Below, piece after piece: positions 36,567-49,885 of a stretch of 64,000 bases of DNA. Both the position numbers and the translations under genes were made by a program. The DNA comes from Eledone cirrhosa (Eukaryota): the NCBI GenBank assembly GCA_964016885.1, contig OZ024741.1, forward strand, positions 143,034,001-143,098,000, written 5' to 3'. How positions within the stretch are numbered: the first letter of the stretch is position 1; every line of letters starts with the position of its first letter. Below the pieces are notes generated by a model that worked only from the letters and a program-made list of their open reading frames with translations, searched no databases and had not been told where the DNA came from.

Positions 36567-38485
36567 AACTGGTGCAGCAGTGTCATTGTAAATTGGTACA
36601 AGGGCAAAGGGGATGCACTAGAGAGAAGTAACTACAGAGGTATCAAGCTGATGGACCAGGTCACGGAATTTGCTGAAAGAGTTATAATATAACTAATCAG
36701 GGACAGAATCAAGTTAGATTAGATGCAGTTTGGATTTATGACAGGCAGGGGTACTACAGATGCCCTCTTACTGGCGAAACAACTACAGGAGAGGTATTTA
36801 GCTAAGAGTAACCCATTGTACTTAGTATTTGTAGATCTAGAGAACCCTTTGATCTGGTGGGCAATTGGGAAGCTAGGTCTAGATGAATGGTTTGTGAGGG
36901 ATGTGCAGGCTATGTATAAACGTGCAACCAGCAAAGTGAAACTTGGCAATGAGTACAGTAATGAATTTGAAGTGCAGGTGGGAGTCCACCTGGGATCAGT
37001 CCTCAGTCTACTTCTATTTATCATTGTACTTCAAGCCAACACTGAGAAGTTTAAAATTGACACTACATGGGAGCTCTTTTATGCTGACGACCTACTCCTT
37101 ATAGCTGAATCCGTAGGAGAGTTAGAAGCAAAATTTCAAGCATAGAAGAAGAACCTAGAGTTGAAAGGCCTAAAAGTACATATAGCGAAGACGAAAGTCT
37201 TAATAAATAGGAAAGAAGACAGGTATATGATACCATCAGGAAAGTGGCCTTACACGATATGTCAGAAAGGGGTGGGTAGAAACTCCATGAAGTGCACACA
37301 ATGTAAAGCATGGATGCACAAGAGATGTAGGGGGATTGCAGGTAGGCTAATAGAAAAGATAGACTTTATATGCGACAGGGGAATTAAGCACAAAGAACAC
37401 AAATGAAATAGATTCCCTCAGCTGCCAGGAGAGCTCTCTGGAAGTTGTGGGCAGCTTTTGCTACCTAAGTGATCAAATTAGTAGTTTGGAATTATGCACT
37501 GAAAGTGGGACAGCTAGGATAAGAACAGGCTGGAAAACGTTTAGAGATCTATTACCACTGCGAACAACAAAATGCTTTTCTCTCAGAGTGAAAGGTAAAC
37601 TGTATGATGCCTGTGTGTGAACCGCAATGTTACATAGCAGCGAAACATAGGCCTTGACTGCGGAAAACTAGCCAAGGTTAGAAAGAAATGAGTCGAATAT
37701 GCTTCGATGGATGTGCAATGTTAGTGTGCATGAGCAACATAGCATAAGCAAACTAAAGGAAAAACTAGGCATAAGAGGAATTGGTTGTTGTGTGAAAGAG
37801 AGAAGACTGCATTGGTATGGCCTTGGAAGATGGCAGCTGCATAAAAAAATGCAGAGAAACATCAATAGCTGGGACCCATGGAAGAGGCAGACTCAGGAAG
37901 ACATATGATAAGGTTGTAAGGACTGACCTTAGAAAGCTAAGCCTTACAACAGAAATGACAAACGACTGCAAAGGCTGGCGCTATGCTGTGCTGAAGAAGA
38001 CCCGGTTTGCAGCTTACAATGTGACCTGACCTATCTTTCCCCTTCCTCTAGCACTCCTTAACAGTTATTCTCCACTTCAATACTTCAAACCACACCCCCC
38101 CATGAAGTGGTTGGTCATAGGAAGGGTTTCCAGCCACGGAGAGCTTGCCAAGCAAGTGTTGTGAGGACCCTTCAGTCACGTCATGGACATGACAGCCTCC
38201 CTAGTGCTGGTGATTTACAAGATAAATGCACCCAGTTAAAGCTGTAAAGTGGTTGGTGATAGGGAGGGCATCCAGCCATAGAATTCTTGCCAAACAAAGG
38301 GTTAGGAGGACTCACAGCTGTGTCAAAGGTATGACAACCTCACCTGAGCACTTGATGGAACATGAGACTTGCCTGGAAGATCAGTGGCTCTGCTTCAGTA
38401 TGGACTTGGTCACTTGGTCTATATGGACCCGTCCAACCCTAGCTAGCAGGGAAAGCTTAAGTTAAAACAACAATAATGATGAATG
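36567..38485 (+). mobile_element. RTE LINE, 5'-truncated and frameshifted, with 3'UTR
   Basis: ORF fragments MQFGFMTGRGTTDA, GVHLGSVLS, LFYADD, a PHD remnant and MLRWMCNV, followed by the family 3' tail. Confidence 0.93.
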
Positions 38486-38796
38486 ATATATATTTTCATG
38501 CAACAATATATATAAAACCACAGAGCAAATATTTATTAGCACAGATTAAAAGTTTAAGCAGATAGTTTCTGCTTTCACCCTTTTACATGAAAACAGAAAT
38601 TATTTGCTTTAACTTTTAATATAAGCTATATTTATATATCATCACCATCATCATTTAAGGTCCACTTTCCATGCCAGCATGGGTTAAATAAATATATATA
38701 GTTGAAAATGAACAAACAAAACACAGGAGGCAATTATACAGTTATATTAGGTTCACGCTTTGTGGAAGTGGAGGAGGTTTCATTTATATATATATC

Positions 38797-39601
38797 TATC
38801 TAGGGTAAGAACGGGATATAAGAAGTTCAGGGAGCTACTGCCACTGCTAGCTGCAAAAGGTTTTTCCCTCAAAATGAAAGGCAGACTGTATGATGTGTGT
38901 ATACGAACAGCAATGTTACATGGTAGTGAGACCTGGGCGCTGTCTGTGGAAGACTTGCGTAGATTAGGAAGAAACGAAGCCTGCATGCTCAGATGGATGT
39001 GTAATAGTAATATACGCGAACGGCAAAGCATAAATGAATTGAGAGAGAGACTGAGCATAAGAGGAATCAAACGGTGTGTGCAGGTGAGGCGGTTGCGTTG
39101 GTATAGACATGTGATGCGTATGAAGGATGACAGCTGCATAAAACGGTGCAGAGCACTAGAAGTCGATGGAAACCGCGGAGTGGGGAACCAAGAAGACCTG
39201 GGATGAGGTGATAAAAGCCGACCTTACTCAATTACACCTCTCAAAGGCGATGACACACGACCGTGACCTCTGGCGCCATGCAGTAATACAGAGTACCCAA
39301 CCTCCCATGGGTACAAGCCGAAGCTGAAGCATATAGACAATATGCCCCCACACCCTCCCACTGCAAAGTGGTCGTGGAGGTGCCACGGCAAAAAAGCACC
39401 TAGCCCACACGGAAAAAAAGCACCCAGCACTCACTGTAAATGAGGTTGGTGTTAGGAAGGGCATCCAACTGCAGAAACCAAGCCAGAATCAGTTTCTGTA
39501 TGAGCAAGACAAGGTCAGCCGACCAGACACTGCTCACAACAGGACAACCCGTCTAACCCATGCTAGCGTGGAAGAAGGGATGTAAAACAGTGATGATGAT
39601 G

Positions 39602-39603
<2 letters not shown>
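38797..39603 (+). mobile_element. RTE LINE 3' fragment
   Basis: KKFRELLPLL...AMLHGSETW...RRLRWYRHV, tandem-repeat 3'UTR and (GAT)n end. Confidence 0.93.
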
Positions 39604-39637
<34 letters not shown>

Positions 39638-40009
39638 CGAGAGAGAGATATGTATACATAGTAGATAGGTTATATAATTATTTCATATCAGCCTTCCATG
39701 CTGGCATAAGTTGAGTGTGTTGTCACAGTTCAAGACCAGACAGGTTGGAAGAACATCTTGCTCATACATATACAAGTATATATATATGTATGTACATATA
39801 TACACACATACAGGTTTAAACAACAAGAAAATTATATACAAGCATATATAGAGGTATACTTAATATGAGATTTATATACATGGATATAGAGGAGATTACA
39901 CAAGAAAATTAATACATGTATATATCGGCATGCCAAAGAAGACTAAATACAAGTATATAATGATTACACAACAGACATTTTAAACAGAGTACACAAAAGA
40001 ACCTGCCAT

Positions 40010-40555
40010 ACATGCGAATGCCCTACCTCTTATCAAGCGATCACACAGTCCCTCCACCCGTCAGGCCCAAGAAAAGAGCATGACACTCGTGAAGTTCCTT
40101 TCCTACCAAGTGCAGAACTTCAGAGTTGTCACTATAAATGTCAGAACAATGAAAAGTAAGTGTAGTAAAAGTTGTGGAGATGTTAGAGCTGAGACAAGCA
40201 GATGAATGATCTATGCACGAGGTAAGGTGGAAGGAGACTTAAGCCATGTTCATCACAGGCAAGGAATATCAGTACAATTTCTTCTGGGTGGGTAGGGTAG
40301 AACTGCACCTAGATGAGTGTTGGTAGACAAGGTAAGTGAGGTAGTCAGATTGTGTAATAAAATAAACTTTGACTAGCCTTGGACATTACAACAGCCACTA
40401 CACTCTCTGCATATACCCCACAGAGTAGAAAGGCCACTTCCATGACAAATTACAGTGATCTCATTATCGCAGATATTGACCTTAATGGACATATTGGGTA
40501 ACACAATGGTGGCCTTCCTGGTGTTCATGGAGGCTGACAGTATGGTACGAGGTAC
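40010..40555 (+). mobile_element. Degenerate RTE 5' region (N-terminal AP endonuclease)
   Basis: Frameshifted pieces RVVTINVRTMK, VVEMLE, EVRWK, ITGKEYQYNFFWVG and DLNGHIG. Confidence 0.7.
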
Positions 40556-40860
40556 AGGGTGGGCTGGGTGCTTTTCTGTGGCACTTAAACAACCACATTA
40601 CAGTGTTACCATTAGCATTGCTACAGTAAAAGCTGAACTGGATGCTTTGTGCCATGGCACCAGTAGAACTTCCTTATCAACAGTAGCATATAGAACAGCA
40701 TATCTAGAGAGCCTTTATACAACTGTTAGAACTAATAGCCAAGTTTCCCTAAAATATATATTTTAAAAACAACATAAGATAATGTAGTCTAAATAAAAGA
40801 GTTAGAATTCTTTCAATCATGTCTGCTTAATTTTGTCTGACTGAGAACTAAACAACTTAC

Positions 40861-41022
40861 CCGCAGCTCCAGACATCAATGGCAGGTCCATAACGCTCTT
40901 CTCCTAGCAACAGCTCGGGTGGACGGTACCACAATGTAATGACTTTATTGGTGTATAATCTGTCTCTGTCTTCAGGCTCGTAATAGCGAGCCAAACCAAA
41001 ATCAGCAAGTTTGATCTGGCCC
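40861..41022 (-). CDS. CDK12: CDK12/13 exon F: DFG motif and T-loop
   Basis: [54 protein letters not shown]; acceptor gctAG, donor GTAAGT. Confidence 0.97.
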
Positions 41023-41146
41023 CTAGCAATAACAGAAAAAAATAGACATACAGGAATAATATAAAATGGAAAAAAAATATTGATATTGCATGTACACACG
41101 AAGTAGGGCAGAGTATATCACATAGTAGACCATAGATCACTGGTCA

Positions 41147-41302
41147 GTGTCATTACACACTGAGGAGTGGTAATATCATTACACACTGTGGAGTAGCAAT
41201 GTCACTACACACTATGGAGTGGCAATGTCAGTACAGACTGTGGGCTGGTAATGTCAGTACACATTGTAGAGCAGCTATATCAATACACCAGTGGAGTGTT
41301 AA
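41147..41302. repeat. 26-bp minisatellite, about 6 diverged copies
   Basis: Units of the form tgtcattacacactgtggagtggcaa. Confidence 0.88.
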
Positions 41303-41717
41303 TGAACCAGTGAAAGCATATAAATACTGGTTATTTATCTGAAAATAAGGTAACTCATACATGAGCATCACTTTATAGGAAAACAGAAATATTTTCAAGA
41401 TCAGAAATATCTCCAAGTGTTTGAATTAAGTATATCAAGGTTATACTGACATTTATGTAATCAGATGTCATGTGATTATATCAAACACCTTGAAGTCTAG
41501 GATTGCTAGAGATGAGGGGCACGATCAAAATAAAACAGATGGTTTACTGGAGAACTAATGCTAATAATGTTTGGTCCAGTTATATGATGTGAAAGAATTC
41601 ATAATATTGCATTGCAATTGGCTTACGTATATTACACAATGCATAATACATATAGCACACTCAAAGTTTATATAGTTTCTTTTTTCTAGCTGGTTATACA
41701 AAAATGTTATTACTAAC

Positions 41718-41907
41718 CTATTGTTAAGCAAGATATTCGAACATTTGATGTCACGATGTAGGAAGTCTTTCTTGTGGCAATAGTTTAATCCATCAAGAAG
41801 CTGCTTGATGAAGGAAGCGATATGGTCCTGGTTGAAGTGTACTAAACCAGACTCTAACAGACCCATTAGGTCATGGTCCATGTATTCAAAAACTAGATAG
41901 AAGGCAC
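41718..41907 (-). CDS. CDK12: CDK12/13 exon E: hinge and HRD catalytic loop
   Basis: [21 protein letters not shown]...[16 protein letters not shown]; acceptor tttAG, donor GTTAGT. Confidence 0.97.
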
Positions 41908-42979
41908 CTAAACAATGAAATAGAGATAAGAAAATCATAATTCATATAAAAATTAAATATAAAAAAAAAATCAGAAAACCAAAACAAAACAAGGCTTAAA
42001 TAAACAAATTTCAATGTAAAATAAACCTAATGTTTAGGACAGTGAACTAGTGTTTATTTGAACATTGGATGGGATGCCTTACAGTATTGCTTCTGACTTT
42101 CTGCATTCTGAGTTCAAATCCTACTGTAGCCTACTTGGCTGGTAGACTCAATTTATTGGCCTCTTCAACACCACCACATGATACTTGAGTGCTTTTAGCA
42201 GAGTCTACTCTATTGCAAGCATTTAAACTAGGTATTCAGTTTGATGATAACTTCCTCCCTCTTTCTTACTAGCCTAGGAGGTCCTAAAAATGGTCATGGG
42301 CACTGTCATTCTCCCTGAATAAGTGATAAAAGAAATTAATATGTTTGGTAGTTAGCATGGTGTGGTAGTTTTATTCAAAACATCGTTATTGAAATAAAAC
42401 AAAGTGATGAAAGCCAACATAATCCTGGAGACAGAGAGAAATAAATTTACTAGAATGTCTTTAATAGGTTTTAAATAAAAAGTGCTTAATTTATAACATC
42501 AACATTTTTCCAATTGCTGCAGGTAAAACAAATTCAAGTCTTTTAAAATCAATTTCCCATTTCATGATTAGAGCTTAGAAAACCCCAAATATGGATTAGA
42601 TTTACTGATACAGGATGAGTGGGTAAGGAATTTGATTAACTACTCATAGATCACGAGTTCAAATCCACTGCTGGTATTTTGTAATTCTACTTCGTTTCTT
42701 GTGGATGCAGCATGGCCGAATGTTTAATCATTAGGTCCTGGGTTTGATCCCGGTATGGCATCTCAGGTCAACTTATGGCTAATGAGTGATGGGTAGGTAA
42801 AGACCGTTTGGAAGCCTGTCAGTTGGTCGTTGGACTGTATCGGTATTTCAAAGGGGCTGCCTTGTCAAACACAGTGCCACGCTGAATCTCATTAGGCATA
42901 CATATCACAGATATACGAGTAAATGAAAGAAGTCACTGTGTGGTTACTTGATCTACTGAAATTGACAGCCAAATCTTCC

Positions 42980-43164
42980 TTAACCCTTTCATTACTGCAT
43001 TTTTAACGAAAGATATATTCACTTTCTCATCACTGAGATGGTGTTTTGAACATAATTTAACAAAAATATTAAATAAAATTAGGATAATAGGTTTTTAGAT
43101 CAATATAAACAGTTTTGTAATGTAGAGGCAGGTGCAGTAGGCGGTTTGGTATCAAAAGGATTAA
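42980..43164. mobile_element. TTAA-flanked MITE (piggyBac-like ends)
   Basis: TTAAccctttcattac...gtatcaaaaggaTTAA, with imperfect terminal inverted repeats. Confidence 0.65.
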
Positions 43165-43341
43165 ATCAATAACTACTACATTAAAATTAAACATTGCATA
43201 AACTAGTCCTAGTTACACCCTGCTTGAAAAAAAATATGAGATTGTCACAACTAAGATGCTTCTGATCATGGGTCTCCCTGATTTGATCATAGCTGAACTA
43301 GGACTAAACAAGAACAAAATCAATAAATTTTATCGACATAC

Positions 43342-43512
43342 CTTTATCTTTCCTGAAATCCAGAGCATCCTGTTTATCTGTAACAATTTCCTTCAGGTTG
43401 ACAATATTTGGATGGTTTAGCTGTCGTAAGATTTTGATCTCTCGTACTGCTGTAATTGGGAAACCTTCTTTTTCATTTTCTAAACGAACTTTCTTCAGTG
43501 CAACAAGTTCAC
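43342..43512 (-). CDS. CDK12: CDK12/13 exon D: catalytic Lys and PITAVRE helix
   Basis: Not in the ORF track; read manually as [57 protein letters not shown]. Acceptor tacAG, donor GTATGT. 171 nt, phase 1-1. Confidence 0.97.
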
Positions 43513-43799
43513 CTGTAGTTCAAAATGAAGGTAAAGAAAAAGTATCAATAATGATGTATGCATGTACTCGCAACTCCTGCTAATGTTGTAGGAGCATAAT
43601 AGTGATAGAGAGAAAGTTAGTAAGAGATATAGGAAGAACCTACCCAGTACTGGACTGGTACTTTTTTTTATCAACATTCTAATGACTTTGCCAATTTGCT
43701 GCTTCGTCAATAATGATGAAAAGCAAACAAACCAAACATTTTGTAAATGAAAAAAAAAAAAAAAACATAAATGGAATATGGTTACAAATGGTGTGTGTT

Positions 43800-44090
43800 G
43801 AACGCCCACCAGTTCTGATGATGAGTGTTTCAATGGAACAGCCCTGTTGTGAAATTAACATGCAAGTAAATGGCTGAGCACTCCACAGACATGTACACTT
43901 AACGTAATTCTCAAAGAGATTCAGCATGACACAGCAACAAGATTAGCCTTTTGAAGCACAGGTACAACTCATTTCCAGTTGAGTGAACTGGAACAATATC
44001 AAACAAAGTATCATGCTCAAGGACATTGTGCTGCTGGGAATCAAACACACAAGCATATGATCAGGAGTCAAACAGCTTAACCCATGTCTT
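43800..44090 (-). mobile_element. tRNA/CORE-type SINE with tail type 2
   Basis: Shares tggctgagcactccacagacatg...gattcagcatgaca...caggtacaactcattt with 5860-6135. Confidence 0.75.
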
Positions 44091-44480
44091 CACACACACA
44101 CACACACCATCAACATCACCACTTTACATCTGCATTATGCTGGCATGGAATGGATGGGTCATTACAGGCCAAAACAGAACTTAATCTAAGCTACATCCTC
44201 CTAGGCCAGTCAAGGGAACACGTTTTGCTCAATACATTCCCATTTGGCATGGTTTCTATAACAGGAAACCCTTTCCAATGCCAACGACTTTACAGAGTAT
44301 TCTGGCTGCAATAGTGAGATTGTCATGTCCTTGATGTGACTGAAGAGACCTCTCTACTGTTTTTTGGCATGGTTTTTACAGCTGGATGCCATATTTTTAC
44401 CATTTGAATACCAATCACTTTATGGAATATAATGAATGCATTTGATAGTGGTATCAACAGAAGAGAAATAATATTTAAAG

Positions 44481-44900
44481 CAGGCGTCTCAAAGTCAAGG
44501 ACTTAAAAGCACCATTATGCCTTGGAGTTTCCACCAGTTATAATGTTAATCTGCAATACAGCTGATAGGTTGCTACTTATTTTTTCATTAAAAATGAATA
44601 GGCACACAATAAGTGGGATATGTGAATTAATATAAAACGTAGATAGATAAATTTTCCATTTCAAATTTTCCGTAACTCAGTTTTTACTTTTGGTAAATTC
44701 CCTTTTATTTTATTGTATTTCATAGGTAAATTGCAATAAATTGTGCTATAAATATTATTAAAACAGGGAAAACAAAGGCAAAATTCATAGCTTAATACTG
44801 CTGAAAGAGTATGGAATAGGTCAGGGACAAATGAGAAAGTTTTAGGAAAATATTATCCATGAAAATTTTTCTGTCGCAGGCCACATGTTTGAGACCCCTG
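44481..44900. mobile_element. hAT (Charlie-like) non-autonomous DNA transposon
   Basis: TIRs caggcgtctcaaa / tttgagacccctg; 8-bp TSD atttaaag (44473-44480) and ctttaaag (44901-44908). Confidence 0.88.
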
Positions 44901-45234
44901 CTTTAAAGAATATCTATTTCCAACCAAGCCATGTATTAGTCTACCATAATTTCAAAATCAATCCTTTCACATAAGCAGCCAAATTAAAGGCCACAATATA
45001 AGCAACTGATATAATGACTGTCAAATATCCTAGTTTATAAACAAATCACTGAGCAGCTTCTTGGACAACCAAAGGCCTTATTTCATATTGTCTATACCTC
45101 ATACCATTACAGGAAGTATGTTTAGGTGAATTTCTCCAATTTTTCTGATGAAATGCCACAAAACAAGATTTCTTGATACAAAACAATGTTTTGGAAAAAT
45201 GTTTTCCATTTTTTTCCAGAAAATTTGGTCTATG

Positions 45235-46208
45235 AGCCTCATGGATGTATAATAGCATGAACAACAAAACTTTAACAAATTGGGCTTAAGAAGGAGTAGA
45301 TGGAGTGTACAATAGAGAATACTGCATATGGTGCATATGGAGAATAACGGCTGCATAAAAAAGTCATTGGACACTGTGGAAAGACCTAGGAATACATGTT
45401 ATGATATGATGATGGCTGACCTCATGAAGGAGATGAGACAGGATTAAGTTGACAGCTGATTTGCCATACTACTAAGACGTGGCTTCCCATGTTAGTAAGA
45501 TGATAAAATAGAGGTAAAGAGGTATATTGACACTGAAGTTCCCTCATTACTCCTTAACCCTCCGCTTTTCTCCCATCCCACACTATCTAAACCATCTCTA
45601 CTTAACTTCTATTATACTCCTTGCCTACATATCAAGAGGATAGCTTAGATTACGTCAAATCTTACCCAATACCCACAGATCAAGTAGGGTATCTTAGCCC
45701 TGTATGTATCCACCAATCTCATGAATCTACTCTTTATCCTCCACCAGCCATTACTTTCTTCTTTATGCCCCAACACTCACTCTCTCCCTTTCTGTCTCTG
45801 ATGGATGACTCAGCTACTCACGATTGCTTCCTCCTCGTCCTCTCAGTGATGGCTCCCCCAGGGAATAACAGGTACCCCATCCACCCAACAGTTCCACTTT
45901 CAATATGTTCTTCCATACCAACTCCCATTCAAAGCGACACTGAGGACACAACAATCACTTAGTGTTGGTGCCACAATAAAGTTATCCCTGTACACTCTGT
46001 ACTGTGGTAGTGCTGGTGTCACAATAAAATGTACCCAGTACACCCTGTAAAGTGATTAGTGACAGGAAGAGCATCCAGTCATAGAAACTATGCCTAACTG
46101 GAATGTGTGAAAATGATATGGCCATCTGACTGTCTAGCCTCAGAACGTTAAAAACCCCCATCCAACCCAAGCTAGCATGGAAAAGTTATAAAATGATGGT
46201 GATGATGA
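45235..46208 (+). mobile_element. Highly degenerate RTE 3' fragment with 3'UTR
   Basis: Remnant atggatgtataat...ttgggcttaaga; tail acaccctgtaaagtgattagtgacaggaagagcatccag...gctagcatggaaaa...gatgatgat. Confidence 0.65.
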
Positions 46209-46532
46209 TTGTGGACTTGTCTCACTAGGAGTTTGCCTCTGCTTCGCCAATAGTCTTCTTTACCCACTTATTCGTGGGAGGCTTGTTGGGGGCAGAATCC
46301 TCAGACTCACTGTGCAGCGGGTACAATCAGAAGTAACTGTCTCCAATTTATCTGTATGGATCACCAAACATGAAAAACTGACTTTGGTCTTCTGCCAGTT
46401 GGCTTTATCCATAAAATCTCTCCAGTGATTGATTCTTTAGACATTTTAACCACATGTCCATAATACCGAATCTGTGATCTCTTGATGGTACTCACTAAAA
46501 TAAGGGTAAAATATTACCTACGTAAAACTTAC

Positions 46533-46669
46533 CAGAAAACGTGTCCTCAGCTTTGTAAACCTGTCCATAGGTTCCTTCACCAATTTGACAGATTTTTCGG
46601 AATACCTCAACACACCGCTCACCCCAGTCCCCTTTGTTTTTCTCATTATAACGACGCTTGTGACAAATT
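46533..46669 (-). CDS. CDK12: CDK12/13 exon C: start of kinase domain, Gly-rich loop
   Basis: ICHKRRYNEKNKGDWGERCVEVFRKICQIGEGTYGQVYKAEDTFS; acceptor cacAG, donor GTAAGT. Confidence 0.96.
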
Positions 46670-47039
46670 CTGTGAGACACAAAAGAAAAAAAAATTTAAT
46701 GATATATTCTCACAAAACAAACACAAATCTGATCATGATTTATAATTTTGGCACAAGGCCAGTGATTTGTGTGGAAAAAAGCAAGTTGATTATAGAGACC
46801 CCAGTATTTGATAAATCTTGGCAGGATTGAGAGCCAGAACATAAAGAGCCAAAACAAATACTACCAAACATTTGTCTGACGTTCTGCCAATTCACTGCCC
46901 TGATCATGAAGATGATGTACATGAGCACTTGAAAACAATCTGTTAGACAATTGAATGAAATCGTGGCCTGATGTATATATATATATATATATATCATGAC
47001 AAAAAGCACTGATCCCAAACAGTAAAGCGGTTGTGTCAT

Positions 47040-48632
47040 CATCATCTTCGTTTTACGTCCATTCTTCCACGCTAGCATGGATTAGATGGGTTGTCCTGTT
47101 GTGGGCACTGTTAGGCCAGGTGACCAGTACTGATTTTGGCTTGATTTCTACAGCTGGATGCCCTTCCTAACACCAACCTCATTTACAGTGAGTACTGGGT
47201 GCTTTTTACCGTAGCACCTACACAACCACTTTACAGTGCGGGCTAGGTGCTTTTTTGTTGCGACATCTACATGACCACTTTACAGTGGGAGGGAGTGATG
47301 GGATACTGTCTATATGCTTCAGCTTGTACCCATGGGAAGGCGGGTCTTCTGAAAAACTGCGTAACACCAGAGGGGTAATTGGGCAAGATCAGCTTTTATC
47401 ACTTCATCCCAGGTCTTCTTAGGTCTCCCCGCTCCAAGTCTTCTATTGACTTTTAGTGCTCTGCACCTTTTTATGCAGCAGCCATCCTTCATACGCATCA
47501 CATGTCCATACCAACGTAATCTCCTCTCCTGCACACAGCATTTCATTCCTCTTATGCTTAGTCTCTCTCAATTTGTTTATGCTTTGCAGTTCACATACAT
47601 TACTATTACACATCCATTGGAGCATGCAAGCTTCATTTCTTTCTAATCTACGTTAGCCCTGCACACAGTGGCCAGGTTTCACTACCATGTAACCTGTTCG
47701 CATGCACGCCTCATACAGTCTGCCTTTCATTTGCAGGAAAACACCCACCACTGCTGCTAATTCGGTCACCTAGGTAGCAGAAGCTGTCTATTGTTTTTAC
47801 CAAGCCCTCCCAGAATTTGGTAGTGCTTGTTTCCTGTGGTCGTTTGCTGCTTACTGTCCCGGTGCAACTGCTACATGTAAAGCCTACATTCTTAGCTAAA
47901 CTTCCTAAGATCCCACTACATCTCTTGTGTACTCATAGTTTGCATTTGGGGCAGAGGATGGAATTTCTACCTATACCTTTCCTACATCCTGAGCAAGGCC
48001 ATCAGCTATAAGTGTAAGATCATCCGCGTATAGAAATTCCCCTAGGCATCCAGTTGTAAACTCCTCTGTTATAGCCTGCAATACGATAAACAGGAGAGGG
48101 CTAAGAACAGAGCCCTGGTGAACACCAACCTGTATGCTAAATTCCTCGTTATAGCCATTGTTAACCCTAACTTTGCTGATTGCTCCCCTATACATAGCTT
48201 GTATAGCCTTCACAAGCCATTCATCTACTCCTAGTTTTCTTAGAGCCCACCAGATTATAGCACGGGGAACTCTGTCGAAAGCTTTTTCCTGTAACTACCT
48301 CACAAGGAAGAGAGCATCAGTGGTGCTTTTGCCTGGCACAAACCCAAACTACATCTCACCTAGAGTTACCTGGTCTGTTACTTTCATGACCAAGTCCATC
48401 AGCTTTATACCTCTATAGTTTCCTAGTGCATTTCCTTTACCCTTGTAATAGTTCACAATGATGCTGCTGCGCCAATTATTTGGTATGGCACCCTCTAGTA
48501 TTACTTGGTTAACAATATGTATAGTTATGGTGTGACTTACTGACCCAGATGTTTTCAGCATCTCAGCAGCTATACCCGATGGACCGGTTGCTTTCCCAGT
48601 CTTCATATCCTTAATTGCCTTACTTACTACAC
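47040..48632 (-). mobile_element. 5'-truncated RTE LINE with 8-bp TSD, nested in an opposite-strand RTE tail (46995-47039 and 48633-48835)
   Basis: TGTGTCAT at 47032-47039 and 48633-48640. ORF fragments MKTGKATGPSGI, NYRGIKLMD, GVHQGSVLSP, FLYADD and RRLRWYGHV; (GAT)n tail at 47040. Confidence 0.93.
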
Positions 48633-48951
48633 TGTGTCATGACAAAAAGCACCCAGCCCACACTGTAAATGTGGTTGACATTAGGAAGAGCATCCAGCCA
48701 TAGAAACCAAGCCAGAAACATTTCTGTATGAGCAAGACACAGTCACCTGACCTAACTTGTCTAAAACGCTAAAATGGGACAACTCGTCTAACCCATGCTA
48801 GTGTGGAAAATGGGCATTAAATGATGGTGATGGTGTATGTCTACATGTATGTAAAAGGTAAACAGAAATAACAAATGACACAGTGCATGGAAGAAATATA
48901 TTAGTTTAACGCTTGAAATAGCAGAAAGATAGTCTTAACATTACTACTCAC

Positions 48952-49155
48952 TTTGGTCTCTTTAATTTTGGAGCTGCTGACACGTTAGAATCAATCCTGC
49001 TCTTCATCTCCATCATTTCCACATCAAGGGATGAGGGCTTGTGCTCACTGTGAGTATCTATATCCAGATCGACCTCCTGCTCAGGGTCATCAACAACTGG
49101 TGGCATTGGTAGGTCTGTGATACGGCGATGTCTCACAGGAGACACGATTTGTTCA
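48952..49155 (-). CDS. CDK12: CDK12/13 exon B: pre-kinase linker (DLPMPP...KRPK)
   Basis: Poly-T tract plus TGCAG acceptor, donor GTGAGT. 204 nt, phase 2-2. LPMPP and KRPKIC match CDK12/13 pre-kinase motifs. Confidence 0.9.
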
Positions 49156-49745
49156 CTGCAAAAAAAAAAAAAAAAAAAAAATCTGAAGTGAAGTGAATGA
49201 GCAATAAAAAGCAAGGTGTATGTGTGTGTCTACATACACCTACACACGCATATAAATATATATATATTTAAGAACAATGTTGATCCAAATGACCTGCAAA
49301 GGATTTATAAGGAAATATGCAAAAACTGGATAAAAAAGTCTTGAAGCTTTTCTCCATATACACCTAAGACCTCCAAGATTACTCTCACCACTCACCTCCC
49401 TTACATTACCCTATTATAGTCATGTGATACATAAGGAGGAAGCGAGAGTTGTATAAAATAGTGCCAAGTGCTTGAAGTACAGAGAACCTATGGAAGAGAG
49501 AGACCAAGGAAGACATGGGATGAAATCATGAAGAATAACTTCAAGAAACCTCAATGCTGTCTTAGAGTATCATACAACACAAGCATAAAGATTGAAGGAT
49601 GATGGTGTAGGTTAGAGGCCCTCAACTGAGGTTCATATAAGAAATTGGGGGCTCCAACCAGAATCAGCAGTGATGAAGTGCAAATATATTTATATACATA
49701 TATATATACATAGACACATGAATATTGTCTCCAGTTTATATATTG

Positions 49746-49885
49746 ATTAAGTAGAATCGAAGTCAGTGTTGCAGTGTGTGTACAAACTTTATTGGCATAT
49801 TACAAAGGTATCGATATTGAAACAATTGTAATACGCCAATAAAATTTGTATATCCGCTACAAAACTGTTTTCGATTCTACTTAAT
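49746..49885. repeat. Long fold-back palindrome, arms ~70 bp, essentially no loop
   Basis: attaagtagaatcgaa...tttattggcatattacaa | ttgtaatacgccaataaa...ttcgattctacttaat; outer 16 bp pair perfectly. Confidence 0.93.

Noticed and set aside
42610-42770. Two tRNA-like segments with A/B boxes
   Set aside because: No convincing cloverleaf or acceptor stem; these are decayed SINE heads, as are the other gttcaaatcc motifs.
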